From contig CALFLL010000020.1 in assembly GCA_937880845.1 (NCBI GenBank), forward strand, positions 24,350 through 88,349: DNA of 64,000 nucleotides. Direction: 5' to 3'. Positions 46,344 to 56,770 of this stretch are shown here, one piece after another. The translations under genes were made by a program, and so were the position numbers. The notes beneath the pieces were generated by a model. The model was not told where the DNA came from. It saw nothing but the letters and a program-made list of their open reading frames with translations, and searched no databases. The DNA is from an uncultured Drancourtella sp. (lineage in GTDB: Bacteria > Bacillota > Clostridia > Lachnospirales > Lachnospiraceae). Positions within the stretch are counted from its first letter, which is position 1; each line of letters starts with the position of its first letter.

Positions 46344-47524
46344 ATTTCCTCACCGTTGCGGTATTTTTGTAAAATATTCTGGATACGTTCGCTTGGACTT
46401 AAAATTCCGCTGATGGAACCATCGTGATTTAAAGTATCAATCAGAAGAGCAATATATTTACTCATATCACAGTTGATGTAATATGGACGGCTTAATAATT
46501 CAGGTGTCTGGTAGATGAGGTTTGTAGTAAGGACATTTGTGATGATGCCCTGTTCGTATGCTTCATCAAATTTTTCCAGACCGTTTGTGAAAAGTCCGAA
46601 TGTGGCAGCCGCAAAGATTCGTCTTGCCTTTCTTGCTTTTAACTGCTTTGCAACATCAATGATGCTGTCTCCGGAAGAAATCATATCATCCAAGATGATC
46701 ACATCTTTTCCTTCTACGGAATCACCTAAAAATTCATGTGCCACGATTGGGTTACGTCCGTCTACGATTTTTGTGTAATCACGGCGTTTGTAGAACATCC
46801 CCATGTCAAGTCCAAGTACGTTTGCAAGGTAGATTGCACGTCCTGTTGCACCTTCGTCCGGGCTGATCGCCATCATGTGTTTGCTGTCGATTTCAAGATC
46901 CTTTACGGTACGAAGAAGCCCTTTTACAAACTGGTAAGTCGGACGAACTGTTTCAAATCCGTTGAGTGGGATTGCGTTCTGCACACGAGGGTCATGAGCG
47001 TCGAAAGTGACAATGTTGTCAACACCCATTTTTACAAGTTCCTGGAGAGCAAGTGCACAATCAAGAGATTCACGACTGCTCCTCTTGTGCTGACGGCTTT
47101 CGTAAAGGAACGGCATGATTACATTGATACGGCGTGCTTTTCCTCCGATTGCAGCAATGATTCTCTTCAGGTTCTGGAAATGATCATCCGGTGACATATG
47201 ATTGGTACGGCCATTTAAAGAGTAGGTCAGGCTGTAATTACATACATCTACCATAAGATAGATATCTTTTCCACGGATAGATTCGGAAAGAACACCCTTT
47301 GCTTCACCGGAACCAAAACGAGGTGTATTGGCACCAATGATATAATTATCTTTTTCGTAACCGGTAAAGACAACGTCATCTTTGTGGATATGGTCGTCTT
47401 CTTTTCGCCATTTGACAATGTAATCGTTGACTCTTTGTCCCATTTCTTCACAGCCCATAAGAGGAATGATCCCAAGGGCTCCTACAGGAATGTTTTCCAA
47501 TGTTGGTTTTGTACGATGCAGCAT
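46340..47524 (-). CDS. prs: ribose-phosphate diphosphokinase, long form
   Basis: VTFDAHDPRVQN and the PRPP loop VIILDDMISSGDSI. At 394 aa it is about 80 aa longer than classical Prs. Confidence 0.8.
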   Translation of the reverse strand: MLHRTKPTLENIPVGALGIIPLMGCEEMGQRVNDYIVKWRKEDDHIHKDDVVFTGYEKDNYIIGANTPRFGSGEAKGVLSESIRGKDIYLMVDVCNYSLTYSLNGRTNHMSPDDHFQNLKRIIAAIGGKARRINVIMPFLYESRQHKRSSRESLDCALALQELVKMGVDNIVTFDAHDPRVQNAIPLNGFETVRPTYQFVKGLLRTVKDLEIDSKHMMAISPDEGATGRAIYLANVLGLDMGMFYKRRDYTKIVDGRNPIVAHEFLGDSVEGKDVIILDDMISSGDSIIDVAKQLKARKARRIFAAATFGLFTNGLEKFDEAYEQGIITNVLTTNLIYQTPELLSRPYYINCDMSKYIALLIDTLNHDGSISGILSPSERIQNILQKYRNGEEI

Positions 47525-47535
47525 GAATTTGCCTC

Positions 47536-48519
47536 CTATTTCATTAATTTCTTTTTGATCCTGATATCATCTCCCGTAAGCTTCAGGAGTCGGAATTGAC
47601 TGCTGATGCGGGAAAACGTTCTCTCACTATACATTGATTTTATATCATTTAAAGATAAATTGGTAGATATAATCGTCGATTTTTTTCGGATAATACGGTC
47701 ATTCAGGCAAATAAAAAGCTGTGAAACCGTAAAGGAATTGGTCAGCTCGGTACCCAAATCATCGATGATTAAAAGTTCACAACTGTCAATCAGTGAACCG
47801 GTATGGGCATCCTCCGGTCTGGAACCAAACTCTTTATTGCCTAAAAGTTCAAAAAGCTGCGAAGAAGTCACATAGATGACAGAGTGGATCTTATCGATCA
47901 GTTCCTTCGCAATACAATGGGTAAGGAAAGTTTTTCCGACGCCGGTATTTCCGTAAATCAGAAGATTCTGAAATTGATCAGAAAAAGTGTCCGTAAAGGA
48001 GCGACATGCGGACAAAGCTTCCTGAGCCATTTCCCGCGAGGTCTTCTGACTGACGTTGTCAATAAAGTCGGTCGAATAATAGTCAAGACGAAATGTGGAA
48101 AAATTTTCCTTATGTAAAATATCCTGTAGATTTGACTGCGTATATAAAAGATCGATTTCTGCTTTTTGAAAACAGTGACATTTGTGACCATCAATATAAC
48201 CGGTATCGTGGCAATCCGGACATTCATAACAAGGTTCCAGATAATCAGAAGGATAACCGTAGTCTGAAAGAAGCTGATGTTTCTCTTGGGATAGAACATG
48301 CAGTTCCTTTCGGAATTCATCTAACGCGGCTGTATTTCCTTCGATAAGAGCTTTTGCCTTTTCGACACCGGAGTGAGAAATCCGATCGTCGATTTCTTTC
48401 ATTCGCGGAATTCTAGTATATATCTCTTCATAATGTCTGTCCAGTATATCATGTGTTTTTAATTGTTTTTTTTCATACATGCGCATGATAGCGTCATATT
48501 GTGAATTGGTCAGTGACAT
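47536..48519 (-). CDS. dnaI: DnaI/DnaC-like helicase loader ATPase
   Basis: Zn-binding CYECPDCHDTGYIDGHKCHC, Walker A GNTGVGKTFL and Walker B LLIIDDLG. Confidence 0.8.
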   Translation of the reverse strand: MSLTNSQYDAIMRMYEKKQLKTHDILDRHYEEIYTRIPRMKEIDDRISHSGVEKAKALIEGNTAALDEFRKELHVLSQEKHQLLSDYGYPSDYLEPCYECPDCHDTGYIDGHKCHCFQKAEIDLLYTQSNLQDILHKENFSTFRLDYYSTDFIDNVSQKTSREMAQEALSACRSFTDTFSDQFQNLLIYGNTGVGKTFLTHCIAKELIDKIHSVIYVTSSQLFELLGNKEFGSRPEDAHTGSLIDSCELLIIDDLGTELTNSFTVSQLFICLNDRIIRKKSTIISTNLSLNDIKSMYSERTFSRISSQFRLLKLTGDDIRIKKKLMK

Positions 48520-48535
48520 GAACTCTCTCCTTTAC

Positions 48536-49591
48536 CTAATTTTGTAAAAGCTGTCTTTCCAGATCGTCCATATTGTAATCCCGTTCTTCAAAGTTGCTGA
48601 AACGAGTCTTTTTCGGAACCGGAGCAGAAGCAGTCGATTTTTCGGCACGTTTTTTCAGATAAGCGGCATCAAGTGCTGCGATATCACTCAGATGATGGAC
48701 TCCTTTGTTGTGCCAGTTGCTTAAAATCCTGTCGGCGTATTCAAAGCTTGGCTGATGGATGGCAGAAACCGTACGGTTGCATGCCTCTATGACCACATCC
48801 AGTGTGAATCCAAACTGACCGGTCCATTTTTTTACGAAATCGGTTTCAACGGATGCCGCCATACGTCCCGTGATCCCGAATGCTTTTAAAACAGCAGAAC
48901 AGTCCTTGTTATAAAAAGTTGCGGATTTACGTGCTTCGGATACGGTTTCAATCCCCGCATCTGCCCAGGCAAGCGCCACGGATTTTATATAATGCATACT
49001 TTTATGACCGTTTTCCACGCAGTATTCAATGAGGTACTCCACCAAATCTGCGGAAAAATGGAGGGTGTCATAAAAGTATGTCAACATCTCCACATCAGAA
49101 GGAGAAAGGGTACGGCCGATATATTGTTCGGCTACAAAAAGCAGTTGGCGGAATTCTTTTCTGCTTCTAAACTGACTGATATCGGGAACCGGGCGTTTGG
49201 AATGTGAAGAATCCTGATCGTCAGAACCTGTAGCCGGTTTAGAAACAATCGTTTCGGATATTTTAGAAGACTTTGTGGATTCTTTTGGTTTTTCGGATTC
49301 GGAGTAGCCTACGATAATTCCGGTCACCTTATTGTCTGAATCATATTCAATGAAAAGAAGTCCCTCTTTTTCCCAATATTTTAAAGCTCGAAGAATATCT
49401 CCTTCTGTATTTTCCAGAATGTCGGCAAATTCCGAAATAGAAAAAGAATCATTACTGCCCATATAGCGAAGAAGAAGGAGATAAACTTTTACGTATTCAC
49501 CGTTTGCCTTGAGCATATACGAATCTATGAAGTCATTGTTGACTAATGTACAGCTGCAGGCTGTACGGTTTTTAATTTTTAATGAACTCAT
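48536..49591 (-). CDS. DnaD-domain replication initiation protein (DnaB/DnaD-like)
   Basis: N-terminal winged-helix-like region (YVKVYLLLLRY...ILRALKYWEKEGLL) and C-terminal DnaD-type repeats. It lies directly upstream of the dnaI-like gene, as in the Firmicute dnaB-dnaI arrangement. Confidence 0.75.
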   Translation of the reverse strand: MSSLKIKNRTACSCTLVNNDFIDSYMLKANGEYVKVYLLLLRYMGSNDSFSISEFADILENTEGDILRALKYWEKEGLLFIEYDSDNKVTGIIVGYSESEKPKESTKSSKISETIVSKPATGSDDQDSSHSKRPVPDISQFRSRKEFRQLLFVAEQYIGRTLSPSDVEMLTYFYDTLHFSADLVEYLIEYCVENGHKSMHYIKSVALAWADAGIETVSEARKSATFYNKDCSAVLKAFGITGRMAASVETDFVKKWTGQFGFTLDVVIEACNRTVSAIHQPSFEYADRILSNWHNKGVHHLSDIAALDAAYLKKRAEKSTASAPVPKKTRFSNFEERDYNMDDLERQLLQN

Positions 49592-49672
49592 TCCTAAAAC
49601 CTCTGTCTTTCATAAAGTATAGGTATTATAGCACTTTCTACATATGAGAAAAAGCATTATTTTCCCCCACTT

Positions 49673-49704
49673 TGTGGATAAAACAGTGTGGATTATGTGG
49701 ATAA
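49673..49704 (-). promoter_or_regulatory. cluster of three DnaA boxes upstream of the dnaD/dnaI-like operon
   Basis: On the + strand these read TGTGGATAA (49673-49681), TGTGGATTA (49687-49695) and TGTGGATAA (49696-49704). That is two perfect boxes and one with a single mismatch to TTATCCACA, all in the same orientation. They lie just upstream of an extended -10 (TGCTATAAT; the TATAAT hexamer is the complement of 49625-49630). Confidence 0.6.
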
Positions 49705-51087
49705 CTATCTGGATAGCAGATTATTTCCAATATTTACAACATCTCCGGCTCCCATAGTTATCAACAGATCATCTTCCTTACAGTGGTCTAAAAGGAAAGA
49801 TTCTATCTCCTCAAAGGTAGGAAAATAATGTACATCGCATCCTTTTCTGCGAAGTTCTTCTGCAAGAAGTTCGGAAGACATACCGAGCGTATCGTTTTCA
49901 CGTGCAGCGTAGATATCTGCAAGGACAACGTGATCCGCAAGGGAAAGAGCATCTACGAATTCATGAAAGAATGCTTTGGTACGGGTATAAGTATGAGGCT
50001 GAAATACACACCAGAGTTCTTTGTGAGGATAATTGACAGCCGCATTTAAAGTGGCACGGATTTCCGTCGGATGGTGTGCATAGTCATCTACGATGTGAAA
50101 ACCGTTTTTGTCACCTTTATATTGAAAACGACGGTCTGTACCTGTAAAGGAGAGAAGCCCCTGTTTGATTTCTTTCATCGGAACTTCCAAAAGTACAGCT
50201 GCAGCAATGGCAGAAAGGGCATTGGACACATTGTGAAGACCGTTTACGGAAAGACGGATATGATCTGCCTTTTTTCCGTGTATAAGCAGGTCAAAAGATG
50301 CATTTCCCTGATTGTCATAAGAAATATCGGATGCACTGAAATCGGCGTCGGAATGTTTTGTGTCGTAAGTTATAACCCTGCAGCGAAGGTCTTTGACGAT
50401 TTGATCCAGATGCTCGATCTCACCATTGATGATCAATGTGCCGTCTTCAGGAAGAAGTGCTGCAAAAGTATGAAAGGAGTTGCGTATATCTTCAATATCT
50501 TTGAAAAAATCCATATGATCTTCTTCCACATTTAGGATAATGCTGATCTTAGGAAAGAAATGGTGGAAACTATTTGTGTATTCACATGCTTCCGTTACAA
50601 AAATTTCGGAGTTTCCGACACGGATATTTCCGCCAATGGCTTTTAAAATTCCTCCTACGGAAATGGTCGGATCCATATGTCCGGCAAGAAGGATATGAGA
50701 AAGCATGGACGTTGTCGTGGTCTTTCCATGGGTTCCGGCAACCGCAATCGGAACCTTGTAATTGGTCATAAGCTGTCCCAAAAGTTCGGCACGACTCAGC
50801 ATCGGGAGATTGCGGCGCTTTGCTTCCTGAAATTCTTCGTTGTCCTCGTGTATAGCTGCGGTATATACAACTACGTCGATACCTTCTTCGATATTGGATG
50901 CCTTTTGCCCGATGAAGACACGGGCACCTTTGTCTATCAGATGTTTGGTCAGGGAGGATTCCTTGTTGTCGGAACCGCTGACGGTAAAATGTTCTTTGAG
51001 TAATATTTCGGCCAGTCCGCTCATACTGATACCACCGATTCCGATAAAGTGGATGTGGACCGGTTTGTTAAAATTAATTTTATACAT
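49705..51087 (-). CDS. murC: UDP-N-acetylmuramate--L-alanine ligase
   Basis: HFIGIGGISMSGLAEIL, GTHGKTTTTSM, 460 aa. Confidence 0.95.
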   Translation of the reverse strand: MYKINFNKPVHIHFIGIGGISMSGLAEILLKEHFTVSGSDNKESSLTKHLIDKGARVFIGQKASNIEEGIDVVVYTAAIHEDNEEFQEAKRRNLPMLSRAELLGQLMTNYKVPIAVAGTHGKTTTTSMLSHILLAGHMDPTISVGGILKAIGGNIRVGNSEIFVTEACEYTNSFHHFFPKISIILNVEEDHMDFFKDIEDIRNSFHTFAALLPEDGTLIINGEIEHLDQIVKDLRCRVITYDTKHSDADFSASDISYDNQGNASFDLLIHGKKADHIRLSVNGLHNVSNALSAIAAAVLLEVPMKEIKQGLLSFTGTDRRFQYKGDKNGFHIVDDYAHHPTEIRATLNAAVNYPHKELWCVFQPHTYTRTKAFFHEFVDALSLADHVVLADIYAARENDTLGMSSELLAEELRRKGCDVHYFPTFEEIESFLLDHCKEDDLLITMGAGDVVNIGNNLLSR

Positions 51088-51428
51088 AGTTTACACTTCC
51101 ATTCTTAGTGTTGATAATCTACAGAATTACGTTCTGCATTATTCTTTATTGTAGCATATGAAGAATCAAGATACAATCAATTCAAAAAGAGAAAAAATCC
51201 GGTTCTAAAAGCATGAATGACGGCATAATTATGTATATAAAGGAAAAAAACAAATGAAAAAATAAAGAAAATACAATTCAACAACATAGTGTCGATTAAA
51301 AAAGATAAGATATTATATAAAGTGCATAAAAAAATATTGTAAAACAACAAAAATATATAAAAATTATTCAATATTTTCAAAAAGTATGATATAATATGAA
51401 CACTAGATTACTAGCAAGGGGTGAGGAC

Positions 51429-52703
51429 ATGATAAAAAAGGAAATGATAGCAATGCTGTTGGCAGGAGGGCAGGGCAGCAGACTTGGCGTACTGACTGCA
51501 AAAGTTGCTAAGCCGGCGGTTGCATTTGGGGGGAAATACCGAATTATTGATTTTCCGCTCAGTAACTGCATTAATTCCGGGATAGATACCGTGGGGGTTT
51601 TGACGCAGTATCAGCCGCTCAGGCTGAACAGTCATATCGGAATCGGCATCCCGTGGGATTTGGACCGCAATGTCGGAGGAGTTACGATTTTGCCACCGTA
51701 TGAAAAAAGTACAAACAGCGAATGGTACACAGGAACGGCAAATGCGATTTATCAAAATCTGGATTATATGGAATCGTTTCATCCGGACTATGTGCTGATC
51801 TTATCCGGAGATCATATTTATAAAATGGATTATGAGGTGATGCTGGATTATCATAAAGAGCATCATGCAGACGTTACCATAGCGGCGATGCCGGTACCAT
51901 TAGAAGAAGCAAGTCGTTTTGGCGTGGTCATCACAGATAAAAATGGACAGATTGAGGATTTTCAAGAAAAACCGAAGGAGCCAAAAAGTAATCTTGCTTC
52001 CATGGGGATTTATATTTTCAGCTGGCCGGTTTTAAAAGAAGCTTTGATCAAAATGTCAGACGAGCCATCCTGTGATTTTGGTAAACATGTGATTCCATAT
52101 TGCCACGAAAAAGGAATGCGGATGTTTGCATATGAGTATAACGGATACTGGAAAGATGTAGGAACGCTTGGTTCATACTGGGAAGCAAATATGGAGCTGA
52201 TTGATCTGATTCCGGAATTTAATTTATATGAAGAGTTCTGGAAGATTTATACAAACGGTTCGATTCTTCCGCCGCAGTACATTTCAGATCAGGCAGTCAT
52301 TGAAAAAAGCATCATAAGCAATGGTGCGGAGATATATGGAGAAGTACATAATTCCGTGATCGGAGCGGGTGTTACCATCGGCAAAGGAACCGTTGTAAGA
52401 GATTCTATTATCATGAAAGATACTGCTATCGGAGAAAACAGTGTGATCGATAAATCCATTATTGCAGAAAATGTATGTGTCGGTGACAATGTGACATTGG
52501 GAATCGGAAGCGATGTTCCAAACAAAGAAAAGCCGGCCGTTTATTCTTTCGGGCTTGTAACGATCGGAGAAAATTCCGTAATCCCGTCCAATGTACAGAT
52601 TGGTAAAAATACAGCCATCAGCGGTATTACGGACACGGATGATTATCCGAACGGAGTAATGGAAAGCGGAGAGACATTGATAAAGGCAGGTGAGCGCGCA
52701 TGA
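51429..52703 (+). CDS. glgC: glucose-1-phosphate adenylyltransferase
   Basis: [10 protein letters not shown] and [15 protein letters not shown] motifs. Start moved to ATG 51429 (GGGGTGAGG RBS). Confidence 0.9.
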   Translation: MIKKEMIAMLLAGGQGSRLGVLTAKVAKPAVAFGGKYRIIDFPLSNCINSGIDTVGVLTQYQPLRLNSHIGIGIPWDLDRNVGGVTILPPYEKSTNSEWYTGTANAIYQNLDYMESFHPDYVLILSGDHIYKMDYEVMLDYHKEHHADVTIAAMPVPLEEASRFGVVITDKNGQIEDFQEKPKEPKSNLASMGIYIFSWPVLKEALIKMSDEPSCDFGKHVIPYCHEKGMRMFAYEYNGYWKDVGTLGSYWEANMELIDLIPEFNLYEEFWKIYTNGSILPPQYISDQAVIEKSIISNGAEIYGEVHNSVIGAGVTIGKGTVVRDSIIMKDTAIGENSVIDKSIIAENVCVGDNVTLGIGSDVPNKEKPAVYSFGLVTIGENSVIPSNVQIGKNTAISGITDTDDYPNGVMESGETLIKAGERA

Positions 52704-53818
52704 AAGCAGTAGGAATCATTTTGGCAGGTGGAAATAATCATAGAATGCGTGAACTGACATATAAACGTGCGGTGGCAGCAATGCCGGTGGCAGGAAGTTA
52801 CAGAAGCATTGACTTTGCACTAAGTAATATGACCAATTCTCATATTCAGAAAGTAGCGGTGCTGACACAGTATAACGCCCGATCCCTGAATGAACATTTA
52901 AGCTCATCAAAATGGTGGGATTTCGGAAGAAAGCAGGGAGGGTTATTTGTATTCACCCCGACGATTACAATGGAAAACGGATCCTGGTACAGAGGAACCG
53001 CGGACGCTATTTATCAAAATCTTGATTTCCTGAAAAAGTGTCATGAGCCATATGTGATCATTACCTCCGGAGATGCGGTATATAAAATGGATTATAATGA
53101 AATTTTGGACTACCACATAAAGAAAAAAGCAGATATTACGGTTGTATGTAAACAGTTGGAAGAAGGAGAGGATGCCACGAGATTCGGAACAATCAAAATG
53201 GATGATTCCATGAGGATATTGGAATTTGAAGAAAAACCGATGATCGCACATTCGAATACGATTTCAACAGGAATTTATGTAATCCGAAGAAGACAGCTGA
53301 TTGAGCTGATCGAACATGCAGCTTTGGAAGACCGGTACGATTTTGTAAATGATGTTTTGATCCGTTATAAAAATATGAAAAAGATTTACGGTTATAAGAT
53401 TTCTGACTATTGGAGCAATATTTCAACGGTAGATGCTTATTATAAGACAAACATGGATTTTCTGAAACCGGAAGTCAGAAAATATTTCTTTAAAGAATAT
53501 CCTCCGGTATATTCAAAAGTCAGCGATTTGCCTCCGGCAAAATACAATCCGGGAGCATATGTAAAGAACAGTCTTGTTTCCAGCGGATGTATCGTAAACG
53601 GAACGGTCGAAAATTCGATTTTGTTTAAAAATACATTTATAGGAAAAAATTGTGTTATCAAAAATTCCATCATTTTAAATGATGTATACATAGGAGATAA
53701 TACATATATTGAAAATTGCATTGTGGAAAGCCGTGACACACTTCGTGCCAATACCCGGCATGTAGGAGAAAACGGAATTAAAATAGTTGTTGAAAAAAAT
53801 GAGAGATATACACTTTAA
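52700..53818 (+). CDS. glgD: glucose-1-phosphate adenylyltransferase regulatory subunit GlgD
   Basis: Paralog of GlgC with a degenerate N-terminal motif ([14 protein letters not shown]). ATGA overlap with glgC. Confidence 0.85.
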   Translation: MKAVGIILAGGNNHRMRELTYKRAVAAMPVAGSYRSIDFALSNMTNSHIQKVAVLTQYNARSLNEHLSSSKWWDFGRKQGGLFVFTPTITMENGSWYRGTADAIYQNLDFLKKCHEPYVIITSGDAVYKMDYNEILDYHIKKKADITVVCKQLEEGEDATRFGTIKMDDSMRILEFEEKPMIAHSNTISTGIYVIRRRQLIELIEHAALEDRYDFVNDVLIRYKNMKKIYGYKISDYWSNISTVDAYYKTNMDFLKPEVRKYFFKEYPPVYSKVSDLPPAKYNPGAYVKNSLVSSGCIVNGTVENSILFKNTFIGKNCVIKNSIILNDVYIGDNTYIENCIVESRDTLRANTRHVGENGIKIVVEKNERYTL

Positions 53819-53861
53819 CATTTGGCAAGAAAGATAGTACTTAAGAAAGGGGCCGGTAATT

Positions 53862-54140
53862 ATGCAGATTACAGATGTACGTGTGAGAAAAGTAACAAAG
53901 GAAGGAAAACTAAAAGCGGTTGTGTCAATTACAATGGATGAGGAATTTGTTGTACATGACATTAAAGTGATTGAAGGCGAAAAAGGACTTTTTATCGCTA
54001 TGCCGAGTAAAAAGGCGGTGGACGGCGAATACAGAGATATCGCTCATCCAATCAATTCTGAAACAAGAAACCGTATCCAGAGCATCATTTTGGAACGCTA
54101 TGAACAGGCACTTGCAGAAGAGTCTGTGGAAGAAGAATAA
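53862..54140 (+). CDS. spoVG: septation/regulatory protein SpoVG
   Basis: [11 protein letters not shown]...FIAMPS...[12 protein letters not shown] hallmark sequence. Confidence 0.95.
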   Translation: MQITDVRVRKVTKEGKLKAVVSITMDEEFVVHDIKVIEGEKGLFIAMPSKKAVDGEYRDIAHPINSETRNRIQSIILERYEQALAEESVEEE

Positions 54141-54152
54141 TATAAAAACGAA

Positions 54153-54196
54153 AAAAGATACTGCAGTATTTATGGAGTGCTGCAGTATCTTTTTTT
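54153..54196. terminator. bidirectional intrinsic terminator
   Basis: 14-bp stem AAAAGATACTGCAG/CTGCAGTATCTTTT flanked by A- and T-runs, between convergent spoVG and rluA-like genes. Confidence 0.8.
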
Positions 54197-54869
54197 ACAG
54201 AAAAGAAGGGGTGATTTCAAAGTGCATTGCCTTCCCGGAAACAGGGTGATGAATGTCCAGACGATACGCACAGAGGGAAAGTCTGCGGGCAGGGATACCG
54301 TTCGGGTTATATTTGCGGTCTCCCACAAGAGGAAATCCGGCATGAGAAAGCTGCACTCGGATCTGATGATGACGTCCTGTCAGGAGATGGATGCGAAGAA
54401 CGGAAAGGGGAACGTCATCCTGATTTTTTGTGGAAACGACCTGATAGGTGAGAATGGCCTTTTTGCTACCCGGAGTTTCCGGAGAACAGACAGAAGAAAG
54501 GTTTGTTTTTCCATCCCGGATAAGATAATCTGTCAGGGTACTTTCCGAAGAAGACGGGATTCCCTCCGTAACAGCCATATAATATTTACCGAAATGATCT
54601 TTTTGAAGCTGGCCGCTTAAATCGGAAGCTGCCTGTTTTGTTTTGGCAAACACAAGCAGTCCTTCTACCGGCTGATCCAGACGGTGGATGACGGCAAGAT
54701 AAGGCTCTCCTTTTATGGGAGTGCCGTTTTTTCTGGCCTGGCGGGTGAGGTGGTTTTTTAGAAGACTGACCATATCCTGAGAAGTAAGGGAAGCGGTCTG
54801 TGTGGCGGTGCCGGAAGGTTTGACACAGACAATGATGGTATCATCTTCAAATACGATTTCTGGTTTCAT
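54195..54869 (-). CDS. RluA-family pseudouridine synthase (short form, no S4 domain)
   Basis: HRLDQPVEGLLVFAKT catalytic motif. Start trimmed to ATG 54869 (AAGGAGGG RBS). Confidence 0.85.
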   Translation of the reverse strand: MKPEIVFEDDTIIVCVKPSGTATQTASLTSQDMVSLLKNHLTRQARKNGTPIKGEPYLAVIHRLDQPVEGLLVFAKTKQAASDLSGQLQKDHFGKYYMAVTEGIPSSSESTLTDYLIRDGKTNLSSVCSPETPGSKKAILTYQVVSTKNQDDVPLSVLRIHLLTGRHHQIRVQLSHAGFPLVGDRKYNPNGIPARRLSLCAYRLDIHHPVSGKAMHFEITPSFL

Positions 54870-55029
54870 TAGGAAGCCCTCCTTGAGAAATTTTATAGAT
54901 AAACTAACATAAAATAAAAAGAACCGCAATATAGAAGAATATAAAAGAGAGGGACCAATCTTGACAATTCCCGGTTTTTCGTGTAAAATACGAATAATTT
55001 CATGGCGAAAGCCGTTATAAACGGGCAAT

Positions 55030-55250
55030 GAAGAGGAATAGTAAACCGACAGAACATTTCAGAGAAAAGACGGGTGGTGCGAGTCTTTAATGGAAATCGG
55101 TTGAACCGGCCTTGGAGCTTCTGTGCGAAAGTACAGCGTCTATCAGCGTTAATGATGAAATGGAGAGAATTGCTTTATTAAAAAGCGGTTAATCAGGGTG
55201 GTACCGCCGGATATCCGGTCCCTATCGGGGACTGATATCCGGCGTTTTTG
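55030..55250 (+). promoter_or_regulatory. T-box leader (proline specifier) controlling proS
   Basis: AGAGA bulge, GGUGGUGCGAG distal loop, and AGUA...GAA-CCG-G specifier loop (CCG at 55106-55108). T-box sequence AATCAGGGTGGTACCGCC (55191-55208). Terminator hairpin GCCGGATAT.../...ATATCCGGC plus GTTTTT. Confidence 0.85.
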
Positions 55251-55326
55251 TATATGTTGTAAAATCAAAACCGAGAAGAAGTCCTCCGGATCTATAAAAA
55301 TACAGAGAGTATGAAAGGAGAAAGAA

Positions 55327-56769
55327 ATGGCAAACGATAAAAAATTTGTAAAAGCGATTACATCAAGAGATGAAGATTTTGCTCAGTGGTATACAGATGT
55401 GGTCAGAGAAGCACAACTTTGTGATTATTCTAGTGTAAAGGGATGTCTAAACTACCTTCCGAACGGATATGCACTTTGGGAAAATATCCGTGCAGATTTG
55501 GATAAGAGATTTAAAGAAACAGGGGTGGAAAATGTATATCTTCCGATGTTGATTCCGGAAAATCTGCTTCAGAAAGAAGCCGATCATGTGGAAGGATTTG
55601 CTCCGGAAGTGGCATGGGTGACACATGGAGGGATGGAACGTCTGCAGGAACGGTTCTGCATCCGTCCGACATCCGAAACATTATTCTGTGAACTTTGGAG
55701 CCGTATGGTACAGTCTTATCGTGATCTTCCGAAAGTATGGAATCAGTGGAACTCTGTACTGCGTTGGGAAAAGACGACACGTCCGTTTCTCCGTTCCAGA
55801 GAATTTTTATGGCAGGAAGGACATACGATTCATGCAACATATGAAGAAGCAGAAGAAAGAGCTCTCCTTATGTGGAAAGTATACCGTGACTTTATCAGCG
55901 AATCCCTTGCAATTCCATATGTAGCAGGAAGAAAGACGGAAAGTGAAAAATTTGCAGGTGCACAGGACACATATACGGTAGAAGCACTGATGCATGACGG
56001 AAAAGCACTTCAGTCTGCAACAAGCCACTTCTTCGGAAACGGATTCCCGGATGCATATGACATCAAATACCTTGATAAGGATAACGAGCTGAAGAGTGTA
56101 TATGAAACTTCATGGGGACTTTCTACCAGAATCATCGGAGCGATCATCATGGTTCACGGTGACGATAGCGGTCTTGTGCTTCCGCCAAGAATTGCTCCGA
56201 CACAGGTTCGTGTGATTCCGGTTGCACAGCATAAAGAAGGAGTTCTGGAAAGAGCAGAGGAACTTTTAAATGAAATCAAAGCCGAAGGGATCAGAGTCGG
56301 TATCGACGCATCCGAAAAATCACCGGGATGGAAATTCAGTGAACAGGAAATGCTTGGTATTCCGGTACGTGTGGAAATCGGACCGAAAGATATCGAGAAG
56401 AACCAAGCTGTCCTTGTGAGAAGAGATACAAGAGAAAAGATTGTCGTATGTTTGGATGAAGTTCCGGAAAAACTTTCAGAGTTGCTTGAAATCATCCAGA
56501 AAGATATGTATGACAGAGCAAAAGAATTTCTTGACGGACATATCGATCAGGCAGAAACGATGGACGAAATGATTGAAAAATTCAAAGAAAACCGCGGATT
56601 CATTAAAGCAATGTGGTGTGGAGATGAAGAATGTGAAGATAAGATCAAAACATTGACGGGAGGAGCAGGTTCCAGATGTCTGATTGAGGATGAAGAACCA
56701 ATCTCCGACAAATGTATCTGCTGCGGTAAACCTGCCAAATACAAAGTATTTTGGGGAAAAGCATATTAA
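55327..56769 (+). CDS. proS: proline--tRNA ligase (archaeal/eukaryote-like short type)
   Basis: 480 aa. N-terminus [16 protein letters not shown], class II motifs, and C-terminal Zn-binding CGDEECEDK...CICCGK. Confidence 0.95.
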   Translation: MANDKKFVKAITSRDEDFAQWYTDVVREAQLCDYSSVKGCLNYLPNGYALWENIRADLDKRFKETGVENVYLPMLIPENLLQKEADHVEGFAPEVAWVTHGGMERLQERFCIRPTSETLFCELWSRMVQSYRDLPKVWNQWNSVLRWEKTTRPFLRSREFLWQEGHTIHATYEEAEERALLMWKVYRDFISESLAIPYVAGRKTESEKFAGAQDTYTVEALMHDGKALQSATSHFFGNGFPDAYDIKYLDKDNELKSVYETSWGLSTRIIGAIIMVHGDDSGLVLPPRIAPTQVRVIPVAQHKEGVLERAEELLNEIKAEGIRVGIDASEKSPGWKFSEQEMLGIPVRVEIGPKDIEKNQAVLVRRDTREKIVVCLDEVPEKLSELLEIIQKDMYDRAKEFLDGHIDQAETMDEMIEKFKENRGFIKAMWCGDEECEDKIKTLTGGAGSRCLIEDEEPISDKCICCGKPAKYKVFWGKAY

Positions 56770-56770
56770 A

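Noticed and set aside
51177-51380. 67-aa minus-strand ORF in the murC-glgC intergenic region.
   Set aside because: The region is extremely AT-rich and the ORF is built of Phe/Ile/Leu/Asn codons. It overlaps the likely glgC promoter (TGATATAAT) and is most likely non-coding.
54177-54620. Plus-strand ORFs 54177-54620 and 54227-54451.
   Set aside because: They are antisense to the RluA-family gene, and the first one starts inside the spoVG terminator.
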